Positions 38,524 through 48,471 are shown, counted from the stretch's first letter. The stretch: 64,000 bases of DNA from Desulfobacterales bacterium (GCA_963674755.2 CAXXVS010000002.1:320001-384000), one strand, 5' to 3'. The notes: generated by a model from the letters alone, not told the origin. Made by a program: numbers and translations.

Positions 38524-40194
38524 TCAAGAAGGGGATGCGGTGATGTCGCTCACCGTCCGGAAAGGATCGTTGAAAAATACCGCATCGTCATGCCATAGCG
38601 ACCGCACGGCGGCCCCGGTCCGATCGGCGGCGGGAAGCATCTGCGCAAGGGTGTTTTCAGCCACCTGGCGGTCATAGAAACAGCCCGGCCGGATCAACGC
38701 AAATACCAACCCCTGGTCCTGATGCCAGTAGGGGATCAGGCGTGCCGCAAGCCCTGCCCGCCGCTTTTGTTTTAATGCCGCGACGGCCTGGTCGAGCCGG
38801 GGGTAGGCCCCCAGCTGGATCCACCATACCGGCACCTGCAGAGGGCGCACGGCGGCCGGCAAGGCCGGAAAATGAATGACGTCGCCGACATTCAGCCGAT
38901 CCGGGTCCGGAATGTGGGGATTGGCCGCGGCGATGACATCCAGATAGCCGGGCGTGAAGCGCCCGTAAATGATTTGAATGAGTTGGCCCAGGGTTTCCCG
39001 GGGGGCAATGGTTAGTCTTCCCAACCGGGCCGGTAAGGCCTGTCCAAGGGGTGCGCTGGCGGCTGATTCAGGTTCGGAGGGCGGCCTTTGGGAAGCTAAG
39101 GCCGGTGCGGGGCCGACCTGGAGGGCCTCCGTCATCCGGAGGCTGGCGGCGGGTGACGGCGGCGACGAGAGTTCGGCCGTTTGGGACCGGCGAGTCGTCA
39201 GGGGGACCGCCTCTGGCGTGACCGGGGTGCCGGACGGTGCCCTCACAGCGTTTGTCCCGGTTTTCAGGCCGTCAAGGGATCGCGCAATCCATGTCCGGGG
39301 GGCCACAGACAGGAGGACGATCAACGCCGCGGCGCCGGCCACAGCTCCCCAGCGCCAGTGCGTAGGCGATGGGTGGGGGCGTGTCCGGCGGGCGCAGGTG
39401 CGCACGAGCTGCCAATTGGCCCGCCGCCGGTTCTGGATGATCAGCGCCAAGAGGACCCGGTGGCAGAGATGAATAATCCGGCGGGGATAGCCGCGGGTTG
39501 CCATAAAAATGGCCGCCAGGGCGGGTAACGTGAACAGACGTCTGGCAGAACCGCCGCCGGAGGCCTGAATCCTGAAATGAATCAGGGACAGGGTATCCTG
39601 AAAGCCCAGGGGGTGGAGATCGAGGCACACGTTGATGCGGTCGGCAAAATTGGGGTGGTCGGCAAGGGTACGCTCGAATTCGCGCTGGGCGAAGATGACG
39701 ATTTGAAGCAGCTTGTAGGCATTTGTCTCGTAGTTGAGGAATTCTCGCAGGACTTCGAGACAGGGCGGGGTGATCTTTTGTCCTTCATCGATGATCAGGA
39801 CGGTGGTGCAGCCCTCTGCCACGCCCTTCTCAAAGAGGAATTGTTTGATGGTCTCTTTTTTCTGGTGGTCGGTCCGGTCGGCAGGGGGCATCCGGCCCGA
39901 GAACTGTTCCACCACCGACGATAGAAAACGGCCGACTGAATCGGCACCCGGATCGAGCAGCAGAAAGGTGGCGATGCCACTTTCTCCATTGAACTTTCGG
40001 ATCAATTCCCTGCAAAGCGTGGTTTTGCCGGTGCCCACGTGGCCGATCACGACATTGAGTCCCCGGCGCAGGCGGATGGCCAGCTCCAATTGCTGAAGGC
40101 AGCCCGTGTGCTGAACGGACCGGTAGAAAAAATCGGGATCCGGTGAATTGGAAAACGGCTCCCGTTCAAGATCCAGTATGTCGAAATAGTCCAT
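38524..40194 (-). CDS. ExeA/MshM-type AAA ATPase with TM, LysM-like and SPOR-like domains
   Basis: EPFSNSPDPDFF, GHVGTGKTT, IIDEGQ, GYPRRI..LC; TM segment; ANPHIPDPDRLNVGDVIHFP (LysM-like); WWIQLGAY (SPOR-like). Confidence 0.85.
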   Translation of the reverse strand: MDYFDILDLEREPFSNSPDPDFFYRSVQHTGCLQQLELAIRLRRGLNVVIGHVGTGKTTLCRELIRKFNGESGIATFLLLDPGADSVGRFLSSVVEQFSGRMPPADRTDHQKKETIKQFLFEKGVAEGCTTVLIIDEGQKITPPCLEVLREFLNYETNAYKLLQIVIFAQREFERTLADHPNFADRINVCLDLHPLGFQDTLSLIHFRIQASGGGSARRLFTLPALAAIFMATRGYPRRIIHLCHRVLLALIIQNRRRANWQLVRTCARRTRPHPSPTHWRWGAVAGAAALIVLLSVAPRTWIARSLDGLKTGTNAVRAPSGTPVTPEAVPLTTRRSQTAELSSPPSPAASLRMTEALQVGPAPALASQRPPSEPESAASAPLGQALPARLGRLTIAPRETLGQLIQIIYGRFTPGYLDVIAAANPHIPDPDRLNVGDVIHFPALPAAVRPLQVPVWWIQLGAYPRLDQAVAALKQKRRAGLAARLIPYWHQDQGLVFALIRPGCFYDRQVAENTLAQMLPAADRTGAAVRSLWHDDAVFFNDPFRTVSDITASPS

Positions 40195-41858
40195 CAGGGG
40201 GCTTCTTTGCCAATGGCGTCACCGTCATCGGACGGTGACGTTTGGGTTGCCATTTTCTGGGTACCCGCAGGTTGCGGAAGGGCGGCCAGGGGCGGTTCCC
40301 GTTCTTTCAATACATGGGGGGTGACGAAAATAAGCAGTTCATCCAACCCGTTGTTCTTGTTGTTGCCTTTGAAGAGGCGCCCCAAGCCGGGCACGTCCTT
40401 GAGATAGGGCACACCGTATTCGTCCTGGGAGGTCAACTCCTTGCTGAGGCCGCCGATGACCGTGGTCTGGCCGTTGAAAAGAATCACGCCGGTCTGGGCC
40501 CGTTTGGTGATGATGAGCGGGTTGTTGCCCACCGCATTGGTAAAATCCACATCGTCCTTGGTGACGAAGATGTCCATCTTGACGGTTTCGTTGTCGATGA
40601 CGTGGGGCGTGACCTCCAGCCGCAGCACGGCCTTTTTGTATTCAATTTTGACCTCGTCGTCTTCCACGCTTTGGTAGGGGACGTCCTGACCGCTTTCGAT
40701 AAAGGCTTCCTGATTGTCCAGGGTCGTGATGTTGGGGCTGGAGAGGATGTTGACCTGTCCTTCGTCTTCCAGAGCCTGCAATTGAATGCTGAGAATATTG
40801 CCGGAGCCGCTTTCGAGAACGAACCCGAGATCCAGTCCCAGCAGATTGCCGGCGACGTCCGTGGCGGTCAGGCCGGCCGGGAAATTGCCCATGGTCCCCG
40901 AGGTGGGATTAACCGATTCGCCGCTGCCCGGCGTCACGCCGCTGCCGGCCGGATTGGCGATGCTCCCGGCGGTGTTGTAGTAACGGTAGCCGTTGATGGA
41001 GGTTCCGTAGAGTCCGCCCCACTGAACGCCGAGTTTGCGGGCCGCGTCCTTGGTGGCTTCAACGATATGGGCTTCGATCAGTACCTGGGGCGTGGGCCGG
41101 TCCAGGGCCTCGACCAGAGGCAGCATGCGTTCCAGATCCGAGCGAACGGCCTGGATGATGAGGGAGTTGGTGTGGCGATCCACCAGCACGGATCCGAGCA
41201 GCGTATTCTCGTCCAGGCGCGTGAGAAATTTTTCCAGGTTTTCCCGCAATCCATCTGCGTCGGCGTATTCGATTTCCACGACCTGGGTCAGGAGGGGCTC
41301 TGCCAGGCGCAGCTCACGCTCCTTGGCTTTGATGCGCTGGCGGGTTTCCAGTTGTTCGAGCTCCCGGTTTTTGTCCTCGAAGGTGATGACCCGGATGATG
41401 TCGCCTTCCCAGAGATAGGTCAGCCCATGGGTGCGCAGGATTCCCAAAAAGGCCTGATCCCAGGGAACCGCTGTCAGGCTGACATCGATGCGTCCCCGTA
41501 CCTGATCGTTGATCATGATGTTCTGGTCCACGGACCGGGCCAGGGCGCGCAGGACCGCCGGCACCTCGGCGCCATGCATGGTGAGCGAGATGACTTGCTT
41601 GCTGAGGCGGGCGTCCTGGGCGGCGGCTTGGGTGGCCTCCCCGGGCGATTTTCCATTCGAAGGGGGTGCGGCGAGCGTGCGTTTGACCGGTGAAGGCGAA
41701 TGCCCCCTGGAATCGGCGGCCTTGGTTTTCCATTCCGCAAAAAACTTATCCCGCGGCGCCTTGATGTCCTTTTCAGCGCATCCCGCAGCTAACAGCAACA
41801 GGGCCAGAGTGCCTACGAATGCCATACGGAATGCATGGTTGGGTTTTTGGTGTTCCAT
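40194..41858 (-). CDS. pilQ: Outer-membrane secretin (PilQ type, lipoprotein)
   Basis: LLLAAGC lipobox; VPWDQA, DRHTNSLII, QVLIEAHIVE, LGVQWG, LSSP.ITTLDN, GVPYLKDVPGLGRLF, ELLIFVTP. Confidence 0.92.
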   Translation of the reverse strand: MEHQKPNHAFRMAFVGTLALLLLAAGCAEKDIKAPRDKFFAEWKTKAADSRGHSPSPVKRTLAAPPSNGKSPGEATQAAAQDARLSKQVISLTMHGAEVPAVLRALARSVDQNIMINDQVRGRIDVSLTAVPWDQAFLGILRTHGLTYLWEGDIIRVITFEDKNRELEQLETRQRIKAKERELRLAEPLLTQVVEIEYADADGLRENLEKFLTRLDENTLLGSVLVDRHTNSLIIQAVRSDLERMLPLVEALDRPTPQVLIEAHIVEATKDAARKLGVQWGGLYGTSINGYRYYNTAGSIANPAGSGVTPGSGESVNPTSGTMGNFPAGLTATDVAGNLLGLDLGFVLESGSGNILSIQLQALEDEGQVNILSSPNITTLDNQEAFIESGQDVPYQSVEDDEVKIEYKKAVLRLEVTPHVIDNETVKMDIFVTKDDVDFTNAVGNNPLIITKRAQTGVILFNGQTTVIGGLSKELTSQDEYGVPYLKDVPGLGRLFKGNNKNNGLDELLIFVTPHVLKEREPPLAALPQPAGTQKMATQTSPSDDGDAIGKEAP

Positions 41859-41878
41859 GACATGAACTCTCTTGTCGC

Positions 41879-42397
41879 TCAGGGGTTAGGGGCCGGATCT
41901 CCCCCGTTGTCCACCAGTGGAACGGACACCATCCGCTGTTGCGGCGAGACCAGTACAACCTGGGCGGGGGCAATGTGCTGGACCTTGTAAGTGCTCTGGT
42001 CCAACTGGTCGCCCACCACATATTCAATCCCGTTGATGATGGCGACTCGACGCTGGGGGGTCTCGATATAGCCCGAGTAGATCAGCGACACGTTGGCAGG
42101 GAGCACCTGCGCGGCGTCCGATGTTGCGGCCATTGCCGACAGCAGGCCGGGGCCTTCCACAAAAAGATTCTTCCGCCAGGGGGACTGCGCCATGGACAGC
42201 GTATAGCGATTTTCCTCCAGCGAAGATGGACTGTCGAACTGGGCGGTCACCCGGGTAATCATCTGCGTCAAGGGCTTGGGCTGGCCCAGGGCCGTCTTGG
42301 ATGTTTTTTTCTGTTGCCCATCTGAGATCAACAGCAGCCCGCCCAGGCACAAGGCGACGATCATAAGCCCGACGAGAATTTTTTCACGGGTCGACAT
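41879..42397 (-). CDS. Pilus alignment protein (PilP/MshK/GspB-like)
   Basis: MSTREKIL plus a TM segment; YSGYI..AIING.EY.VGD; located between PilO and the secretin. Confidence 0.65.
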   Translation of the reverse strand: MSTREKILVGLMIVALCLGGLLLISDGQQKKTSKTALGQPKPLTQMITRVTAQFDSPSSLEENRYTLSMAQSPWRKNLFVEGPGLLSAMAATSDAAQVLPANVSLIYSGYIETPQRRVAIINGIEYVVGDQLDQSTYKVQHIAPAQVVLVSPQQRMVSVPLVDNGGDPAPNP

Positions 42398-42451
42398 GCG
42401 ATCCTCCCGGGGGGCCGCCACCGGCCGTTGCCCGGCCGAGCAGGCCGGGCA

Positions 42452-43012
42452 TTATTGTCGTGACAGCCATAAATCCAGCTCCATGTGAAGACCCGGCAGA
42501 CTGGTTTCCCGGCGCACCTCGATGCGTTCGATATGCGCCAGGTAGGGCAACTCACCCAGTTTCAGCATGAATCCTCTCAAATTGCCGAAAGCGCCCTGCA
42601 ACTCCAAGGCGAGTTTGAGCTCGCCGGTTTCATTGATCATCGAGTTGAGGTCGGCGCCGATTTGTCGCACTGTGAGGTGGTTTTGTTCGGCCAGCTGGCG
42701 AAAAAGAGGTTCGATGCCGGCCATCTGATCGGGTTCCAGTCGTTCGGGGTGCGGCAGGGGCAGATCCCCCAGCTCGGACGGCTGCGTGTCCCCCAGTATT
42801 TCGGTGAAGCGTTTATAAATCGGTTCGAGGAGTTTCTGATCGTCGATCTGACGCTGAAGGCGATCGACCTGGAGGGTCAACTGGTCTGACGCCTGCTGCT
42901 GGGGCCAGATACTCAGCAGGTAAACACCCAGGAGGCCACCCATGCAGACGGCCGCGAAAAATAGACGGCGTTCGGGGAACAGGGCCAGGAAAGCGTCGCG
43001 TTGCAGCCTCAT
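42452..43012 (-). CDS. PilO/MshJ-like alignment protein
   Basis: Single TM, coiled coil, LELQGAFGNLRGFMLKLGELPYL..I ferredoxin-like tail. Confidence 0.75.
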   Translation of the reverse strand: MRLQRDAFLALFPERRLFFAAVCMGGLLGVYLLSIWPQQQASDQLTLQVDRLQRQIDDQKLLEPIYKRFTEILGDTQPSELGDLPLPHPERLEPDQMAGIEPLFRQLAEQNHLTVRQIGADLNSMINETGELKLALELQGAFGNLRGFMLKLGELPYLAHIERIEVRRETSLPGLHMELDLWLSRQ

Positions 43013-44889
43013 CAGATCACCTCCAATTCGGCCGTGAAACGCAATACTTCCTGGCCGTCCAGCATTTCGAAGGACTTGTCGATGATCCGGGGGTCGGAAA
43101 AGAGCGGTGACGTTTTCATCCGGACCATATAGGCCGCCAGAGCCGGTTCGAGTTCGAGTCGTTCGCCCTGAATAACGCCCCCGATCAACAGCATCCGCCG
43201 GGAGGCCTGATCATCGCCCTCCCCCTGGCGGGGCAGCCGGATGGTCATCCGGGACATGACGACTTCCTCCGGTGTCAGCCGCGACACTTCAGCGATAACC
43301 GCAATTCCGCGGTATTTCTCCGTATAGTCGTTGAGGCGCGAGTTGGCCTCCTTGGCCTTGGCGGCCAGGACTAGCACGGTTTCGGGTTTGAGCAGGGGAA
43401 CGAAGGCCTCCAATTCCTTTTGGAGGCGGCTAATTTGCTGTTGCCGGGACAGGAGGTTGTGTTTCTGCCAGCCGTTGTATCCCAAGGCAGCAAGCATGAT
43501 CAGCAGAAAGAGGCCGAAGACAACGCTGTTAAAGACTTGGTGTTTTTCGCGCTGGGCGCGGTCATGGTGGGTTTGCAGAAAATTGGGCCAGCGGTTGTCA
43601 ACGGGTGACGCCAGACCGACAGCAGGGATGTAGGCGAGCTGTTCCGGTCGTGTTTCAGGGCGCGGGGTCAGTGACGCGTCCTCAAACGGGTTCAGATCGA
43701 CGAGAGGGATGCCAAGCTGGTCGGCGAGATAATCGCGAACCCGGTCGTTTTCACAGATTTGTCCGGAGAGACAGAGCCGATCGATTTCACGGGGTTCGAA
43801 ATGAATGGCGTAGTGGCTGATGGTGCGCTCCACCTGTCGAACCAGCCGATCCAGAGCCGGACGGATCATGGCAAAGACATCGTCCGGTGTGATCGCGTCC
43901 TCGGGGAGATCGTCGGCAAGGTTGTCATCAGCGCCGGCCAGACCGGGAGCCAGTCGCGCCAAAAGATCCGCCGGCATCGGCCGCCGGGCATTGCGCTCCC
44001 GTTCCGCGCCCATCGGCGTTGGCCGAAAATCCATTTCAGGCACGCTTTGCGTCCGATGAGTCGCGGCGATGCGCGGGTCGGCGTTGATTTCATCCCGCAT
44101 GCCGTTCATTCCAGCGCGAATGCCGCGTGATAACAAGAGATTACCGTCGCTGAAAAAATCGATCCGCGACCAGTTGCGGCCGATATAGAGGGCACACAGG
44201 TTGCCCTGGCCAAGAATCTTCCAGCGGGTCCGCAGCAGATTCTGCAGCAGGAACGGGTAGGTGCTCACGCCGTCCAGCGGGTAGCCGGCGCGTGCAAAAG
44301 CCGTTTTGATGGTATCAATGTCTTCCCGTGGAATCGTGTAGGCGAGGACGTCCATTTGGGGAGGATCGAGGTCCGGTTTTTCTCCCAGCACTTCAAAATC
44401 GAATAGGCGCTGTTTGTCGTTGTAAGCGTTTTTCTTTTTGTAGGCCCATGTCACGGCATTGGGTATCTGACGCCGGGGGACCTTGGGAATGCGCAGCAGG
44501 CGTAGATCGAGACGCGCGGAGGAAGTCGTTGCCCAGATACTGGCATTTTCCGGGGATCCTGCAAAATAAGTCAAATGACTGCGCAAAAATTGTGGGAAAA
44601 GCAGACTGTTGGGATCCATATCCGATTCGAACGGGATGTGGCGGTAAGCGACGATCTGATGTCGATTGGGGCCGGACGGGACGGTTTTGATCAATCGCAG
44701 ATCATGGTAGCCGATATCGACCCCGATCATGGCGGACTTGCTGAAACTGAGGACGGAACGGAGACGTTGCCACCCGTTGGGGGAAGGTCCGAGGGGCTTC
44801 GCGGGCGGGAGCGATGCGGTTGAAGAGGGACGCTCTCCGCGAATTTGTGCCAGAAGTCTCTCGGTGGAAGAGATTTCGTCCTTGTTCAC
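43012..44889 (-). CDS. PilM-PilN fusion (MshI-like)
   Basis: IGVDIG actin-like start, LYIG..S.I, RQVERTI, LSG, AVGLA; then NFL, TM, coiled coil, SPLF..P (PilN-like). GTG start after GGAG. Confidence 0.8.
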   Translation of the reverse strand: MNKDEISSTERLLAQIRGERPSSTASLPPAKPLGPSPNGWQRLRSVLSFSKSAMIGVDIGYHDLRLIKTVPSGPNRHQIVAYRHIPFESDMDPNSLLFPQFLRSHLTYFAGSPENASIWATTSSARLDLRLLRIPKVPRRQIPNAVTWAYKKKNAYNDKQRLFDFEVLGEKPDLDPPQMDVLAYTIPREDIDTIKTAFARAGYPLDGVSTYPFLLQNLLRTRWKILGQGNLCALYIGRNWSRIDFFSDGNLLLSRGIRAGMNGMRDEINADPRIAATHRTQSVPEMDFRPTPMGAERERNARRPMPADLLARLAPGLAGADDNLADDLPEDAITPDDVFAMIRPALDRLVRQVERTISHYAIHFEPREIDRLCLSGQICENDRVRDYLADQLGIPLVDLNPFEDASLTPRPETRPEQLAYIPAVGLASPVDNRWPNFLQTHHDRAQREKHQVFNSVVFGLFLLIMLAALGYNGWQKHNLLSRQQQISRLQKELEAFVPLLKPETVLVLAAKAKEANSRLNDYTEKYRGIAVIAEVSRLTPEEVVMSRMTIRLPRQGEGDDQASRRMLLIGGVIQGERLELEPALAAYMVRMKTSPLFSDPRIIDKSFEMLDGQEVLRFTAELEVI

Positions 44890-44957
44890 AGAGGGACATC
44901 TCCATTTCATGTAGATCGGGAAAAAGCCATTTCAGCCTGTGAGGGCTCAATGCTCCG

Positions 44958-44985
44958 ATTATATGCTACAGCTCTGTATAGTAAA
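44958..44985 (-). promoter_or_regulatory. Putative sigma-70 promoter of the pilus machinery operon
   Basis: Minus strand TTTACT-16 nt-TATAAT, about 70 nt upstream of the PilM-PilN start. Confidence 0.55.
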
Positions 44986-44998
44986 GGAAAAAAAGCAG

Positions 44999-46051
44999 TT
45001 ACGGATGCATCAAATTTTGTTCAACTGTTTGGGGCGGGTGGTGGGCGATGCGTTCATAGGCCTGTTCGGCTTCCGCTTGTACGGCAGCGGCCGCCTCCTC
45101 GTAGCGGGGTGAAAAATGAAAAACGGTGAAGCGTTTCGCACCGGCGCGGGCGGCGATTTGGCCGGCCTGTTGCGCGGTCAAGTGGTATTTGGCGGTAGCC
45201 AGGTGCGCATCGCGGGCCAGGAAGGCGCTTTCGATGAACAGATGATCGGCCTGACGGGTCAGGGCGACAATGGCCTGCTGGTTTTTCGCGTGACCGGCCA
45301 CATCCGTGATGTAGCCGATTCTCTGTCCTGGGGACAGGCGTGTGATCGCCTGCGCCAGTTCGGCCAGCCGAAAATAGCGTTCTTGACCGTGGGGTTCTGC
45401 GGAAGGGGCGGCGATCGGCATATCAGGAGCCTGTTTTTGGTGAAGCGCTTGTTTGAAGGTCTTCAACCAGGCCCCGGTGGCAAGGCCAAGCCGGTCCAGG
45501 GCCACTTTATCGATGTTGATGCGGACGGGTTCCACCAAGCAGAAGCCGAGACAGGGGATGTCGTGGTCCAGAATGCGGGCTTCGACCCGCAGGCCGGACT
45601 CTTCCAACAGAAGACCTTCGAAAGGGGCGCGGCTGTCCCGACCATCTTGCGGCCGAAACCCGTCACGGCAGGCGAAGGACCGCGTTCGTATACCGCCGGG
45701 CGTTATTTCGGAAGCAACCAGCTCGAAGGGATAACGATAGCGATGGGCCAGATTCCAGTTATAGGCGCGCAGTTTGCCTCCCAGGTTGTCGAGGAAGCCC
45801 TCGGGACCATATAGATGCAACGTTTTCTCCCGCCCCAGGTTCAGGCGCAGCAGAAAATCAAAGCCGCAGAAGTGGTCCATATGGGTGTGGCTGATGAAAC
45901 AATGGGAAATTTTGAGGATATCGCGGGGGGGCAAGCGGCTCAGGTCGCCAAGGTCGAAAAGCAGAGCCCGCTTTTCGTAGGCAAAGGCGATATAGAGCGC
46001 CGGATCTTCAAAAGGTCCGTTTACCAGACGGGGGTGGAAACGGGGAGCCAT
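44999..46051 (-). CDS. rnz: Ribonuclease Z / MBL-fold hydrolase
   Basis: LFDLG, ISHTHMDH, LYGP, LDH.IP, YITD, FIES.F, HLTA, HFSPRY. Confidence 0.8.
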   Translation of the reverse strand: MAPRFHPRLVNGPFEDPALYIAFAYEKRALLFDLGDLSRLPPRDILKISHCFISHTHMDHFCGFDFLLRLNLGREKTLHLYGPEGFLDNLGGKLRAYNWNLAHRYRYPFELVASEITPGGIRTRSFACRDGFRPQDGRDSRAPFEGLLLEESGLRVEARILDHDIPCLGFCLVEPVRINIDKVALDRLGLATGAWLKTFKQALHQKQAPDMPIAAPSAEPHGQERYFRLAELAQAITRLSPGQRIGYITDVAGHAKNQQAIVALTRQADHLFIESAFLARDAHLATAKYHLTAQQAGQIAARAGAKRFTVFHFSPRYEEAAAAVQAEAEQAYERIAHHPPQTVEQNLMHP

Positions 46052-46055
46052 GCAA

Positions 46056-46475
46056 TCAGGTCAGGTGTTTTTGCACCTGCCGGTGGATGCACTGGTAGAT
46101 CTCTTCGTCGGAACCGAAGATATCCACCGTATCCTTATGATCGATGACTTTTTCCAGGACAAAGGCCGTTAAATAGAGGCTCACGATATGGGGTTGGGAT
46201 ACGAGATTGCGGTAAGGTGCCACAAGGTAGTCGACATCGAAATCGTCGGCGCGGCTGAGACGGTCCAGACAGCCGTGGATCTGATCTTCCAGGCCGTTTT
46301 TATTCGTGGTTTCCACCAGCTTGTTCTCAACGAGTTTCATGGCGACGGCGTTGGCCAAGGGGTCGATGCAGTCCTGGATCGCGCTGAGGGAACGGCGTCG
46401 GGCGTACTCTTTGGAGGATTCAATTTTCGACAGGATGCTGGATTCTCGCGTACTGGGTCGGAAGACTTTAGCCAT
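46056..46475 (-). CDS. Hypothetical cytoplasmic protein
   Basis: 139 aa with AAGGA RBS and typical codon usage; ends 4 nt before rnz; upstream TTGCAA-17-TATTAT. Confidence 0.8.
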   Translation of the reverse strand: MAKVFRPSTRESSILSKIESSKEYARRRSLSAIQDCIDPLANAVAMKLVENKLVETTNKNGLEDQIHGCLDRLSRADDFDVDYLVAPYRNLVSQPHIVSLYLTAFVLEKVIDHKDTVDIFGSDEEIYQCIHRQVQKHLT

Positions 46476-46612
46476 GGTTTTTCCTTTATGCTGATCCCCG
46501 TCGACGGGCCGACGGTCAAATTAGGCGAATAATAGAGACAGCTTTCTGAATTTGCAAGAAAAAAAGTCTGGCCGGATCGGTCCTCGGGACGCTTTGGCAG
46601 GCCTTCCGGGAA

Positions 46613-48337
46613 TCAGGACGGCCCGGGATCGGTGGCGACAATCACCAGCTGCGGGCGCTGTGTTCCGTTCCATCGGTTCCACCGCAAGTGAAAAGCCAGG
46701 CGTTTGAAGCTTGGAGGGGGGGCTTGGTGCGGGTCGATTCTAAATTGGATCGCCTGCAGACCGGTTGGCTCGGTCCGTCGGCAGGATCGCAATACCATCT
46801 GGCGGTGGTGTTCCCCCACGATCCGGTGGCTTTCGACGATGCTGTCACGGACCATGAACAGGGGCTCCGGCATGGCCTGGCCGAAAGGCTGCAGGGACGC
46901 CAGCTGGTCCAGCAGCCGCGGCGTGATCGCCTGCAGTTCGATTTCCGCATCCACGATGATGCGGGGACGATAATCGTCCGGCACGGTTTGATCCGCCAGG
47001 TAGCGCCGCAGTTGCGTTTCGAACCCCTGGAGCGCTTCCCATGGCAGCGCCAGGCCGGCCGCCATGGCGTGTCCTCCGAAATGATCCAGAGACGCTTTGC
47101 AAGAAGCCAGCATGCGGTAGAGATCGATCCCGGGGACACTGCGCGCCGAGCCGCGTGCCAACGCACCGTTGTGGGATAGAAGAATGACAGGGCGGCTGTA
47201 GCGGCGCACCAAGCGGGCGGCCACGATGCCCAAAACACCCTCGTGCCAATTGCGTTCCGCCAGCACAAGGACCTGCCGGTCAAGGATTCTCGGATCGGCT
47301 TCGATCCGTCGACGAACCTGGTCGATGATGTCGTTTTCGATGGATTGTCGGCGGGTATTCAGCCGATCCAGGACCCGGGCTAGTCGGTCGCCGCGTCGGG
47401 GATCGGCGGTGGTGAGGAGGCGCAGGGCCAGATTGGCGTGGGCTACCCGGCCGGCGGCGTTGAGGCGCGGTGCCAGGCGGAAGGCGATGTCATCGGATTC
47501 CACTCGTCGTGGATCCACCCGGCTGATTTCCATCAAGGCTTTCAGGCCGGGTCGTGCGGCCAAGCCTGGCAACCCGGCGTGGATGAAGGCGCGGTTTTCA
47601 TCCACCAGCGGCACCATGTCGGCAATCGTTCCCAGGGCCACCAGATTGCACAGTGTCTTCAAATTCGGTTCCGGCCGCGTCTGCCAGAATCCGTTGCGCC
47701 GCAGCTGGCGGCGCAATTCGATCAGGAGGTAGAAGGCCATGCCGACCCCGGCCAGGTGATCAAGACCGGCACCGCAGTCGTCGCGCTTGGGATTCACCAC
47801 GGCGACCGCGCGGGGCAGGTTGTCAGAGGGCTGATGGTGATCGGTGATAATGACGTCGATCCCTTCGGCCGATGCCAGCTCAACGGCGCTATGGCTGGCA
47901 ATGCCGCAGTCCACTGTAATGACGAGGCCATATCCTCCGGGGATGATCCGTTTGCGCACATGGGACTTGCGCAGACCATAGCCCTCCCGGCGGCGATGGG
48001 GGATGTAGTGGGATACCCGGGCCCCCACGCCCTTCAGAAAATCCAGCAGCAGCGCTGTGGCCGTGATGCCGTCCACATCATAGTCACCGAAAATCAGGAT
48101 TTTTTCGCGGTTGGCGAGGGCTTTGACCAGGCGCGCGGCGGCCGTTTCAATATCGGTGATCGCTCCGGGAGGACGGATCCCGGCTAAGGACGGCTTCAGG
48201 AAGGCGCGGGCCGCTTCATGGCTGGTGATTTGCCGATTGGCCAGGACGGCGGCCACCAGCGGTTCGATGGCCAGCGTGGTTGCCAGAAGATGAACCGCAT
48301 CGGCGTCCGGTTCCAGGATGTCCCAGATCATGGTCAT
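46613..48337 (-). CDS. recJ: ssDNA-specific exonuclease
   Basis: FGDYDVDG, EGYGL, TVDCG, ITDHH, GTIAD, PRLNAAGR, GSARS, GGHAMAAG. Confidence 0.97.
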   Translation of the reverse strand: MTMIWDILEPDADAVHLLATTLAIEPLVAAVLANRQITSHEAARAFLKPSLAGIRPPGAITDIETAAARLVKALANREKILIFGDYDVDGITATALLLDFLKGVGARVSHYIPHRRREGYGLRKSHVRKRIIPGGYGLVITVDCGIASHSAVELASAEGIDVIITDHHQPSDNLPRAVAVVNPKRDDCGAGLDHLAGVGMAFYLLIELRRQLRRNGFWQTRPEPNLKTLCNLVALGTIADMVPLVDENRAFIHAGLPGLAARPGLKALMEISRVDPRRVESDDIAFRLAPRLNAAGRVAHANLALRLLTTADPRRGDRLARVLDRLNTRRQSIENDIIDQVRRRIEADPRILDRQVLVLAERNWHEGVLGIVAARLVRRYSRPVILLSHNGALARGSARSVPGIDLYRMLASCKASLDHFGGHAMAAGLALPWEALQGFETQLRRYLADQTVPDDYRPRIIVDAEIELQAITPRLLDQLASLQPFGQAMPEPLFMVRDSIVESHRIVGEHHRQMVLRSCRRTEPTGLQAIQFRIDPHQAPPPSFKRLAFHLRWNRWNGTQRPQLVIVATDPGPS

Positions 48338-48443
48338 GGCAGCGCCCTATAGCGCATTTCACGGAACCGGGCAATCTTTTCTCCTGCCGCAACCACACGG
48401 CAGGACAGAGACCGTTCATCAAAGCGGATGATGGGGTTGGGGG

Positions 48444-48471
48444 TTGCAAAACAGGGCTGTATGGTTATATT
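48444..48471 (+). promoter_or_regulatory. Putative sigma-70 promoter of the miaB operon
   Basis: TTGCAA-16 nt-TATATT in the divergent recJ/miaB intergenic region. Confidence 0.45.
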
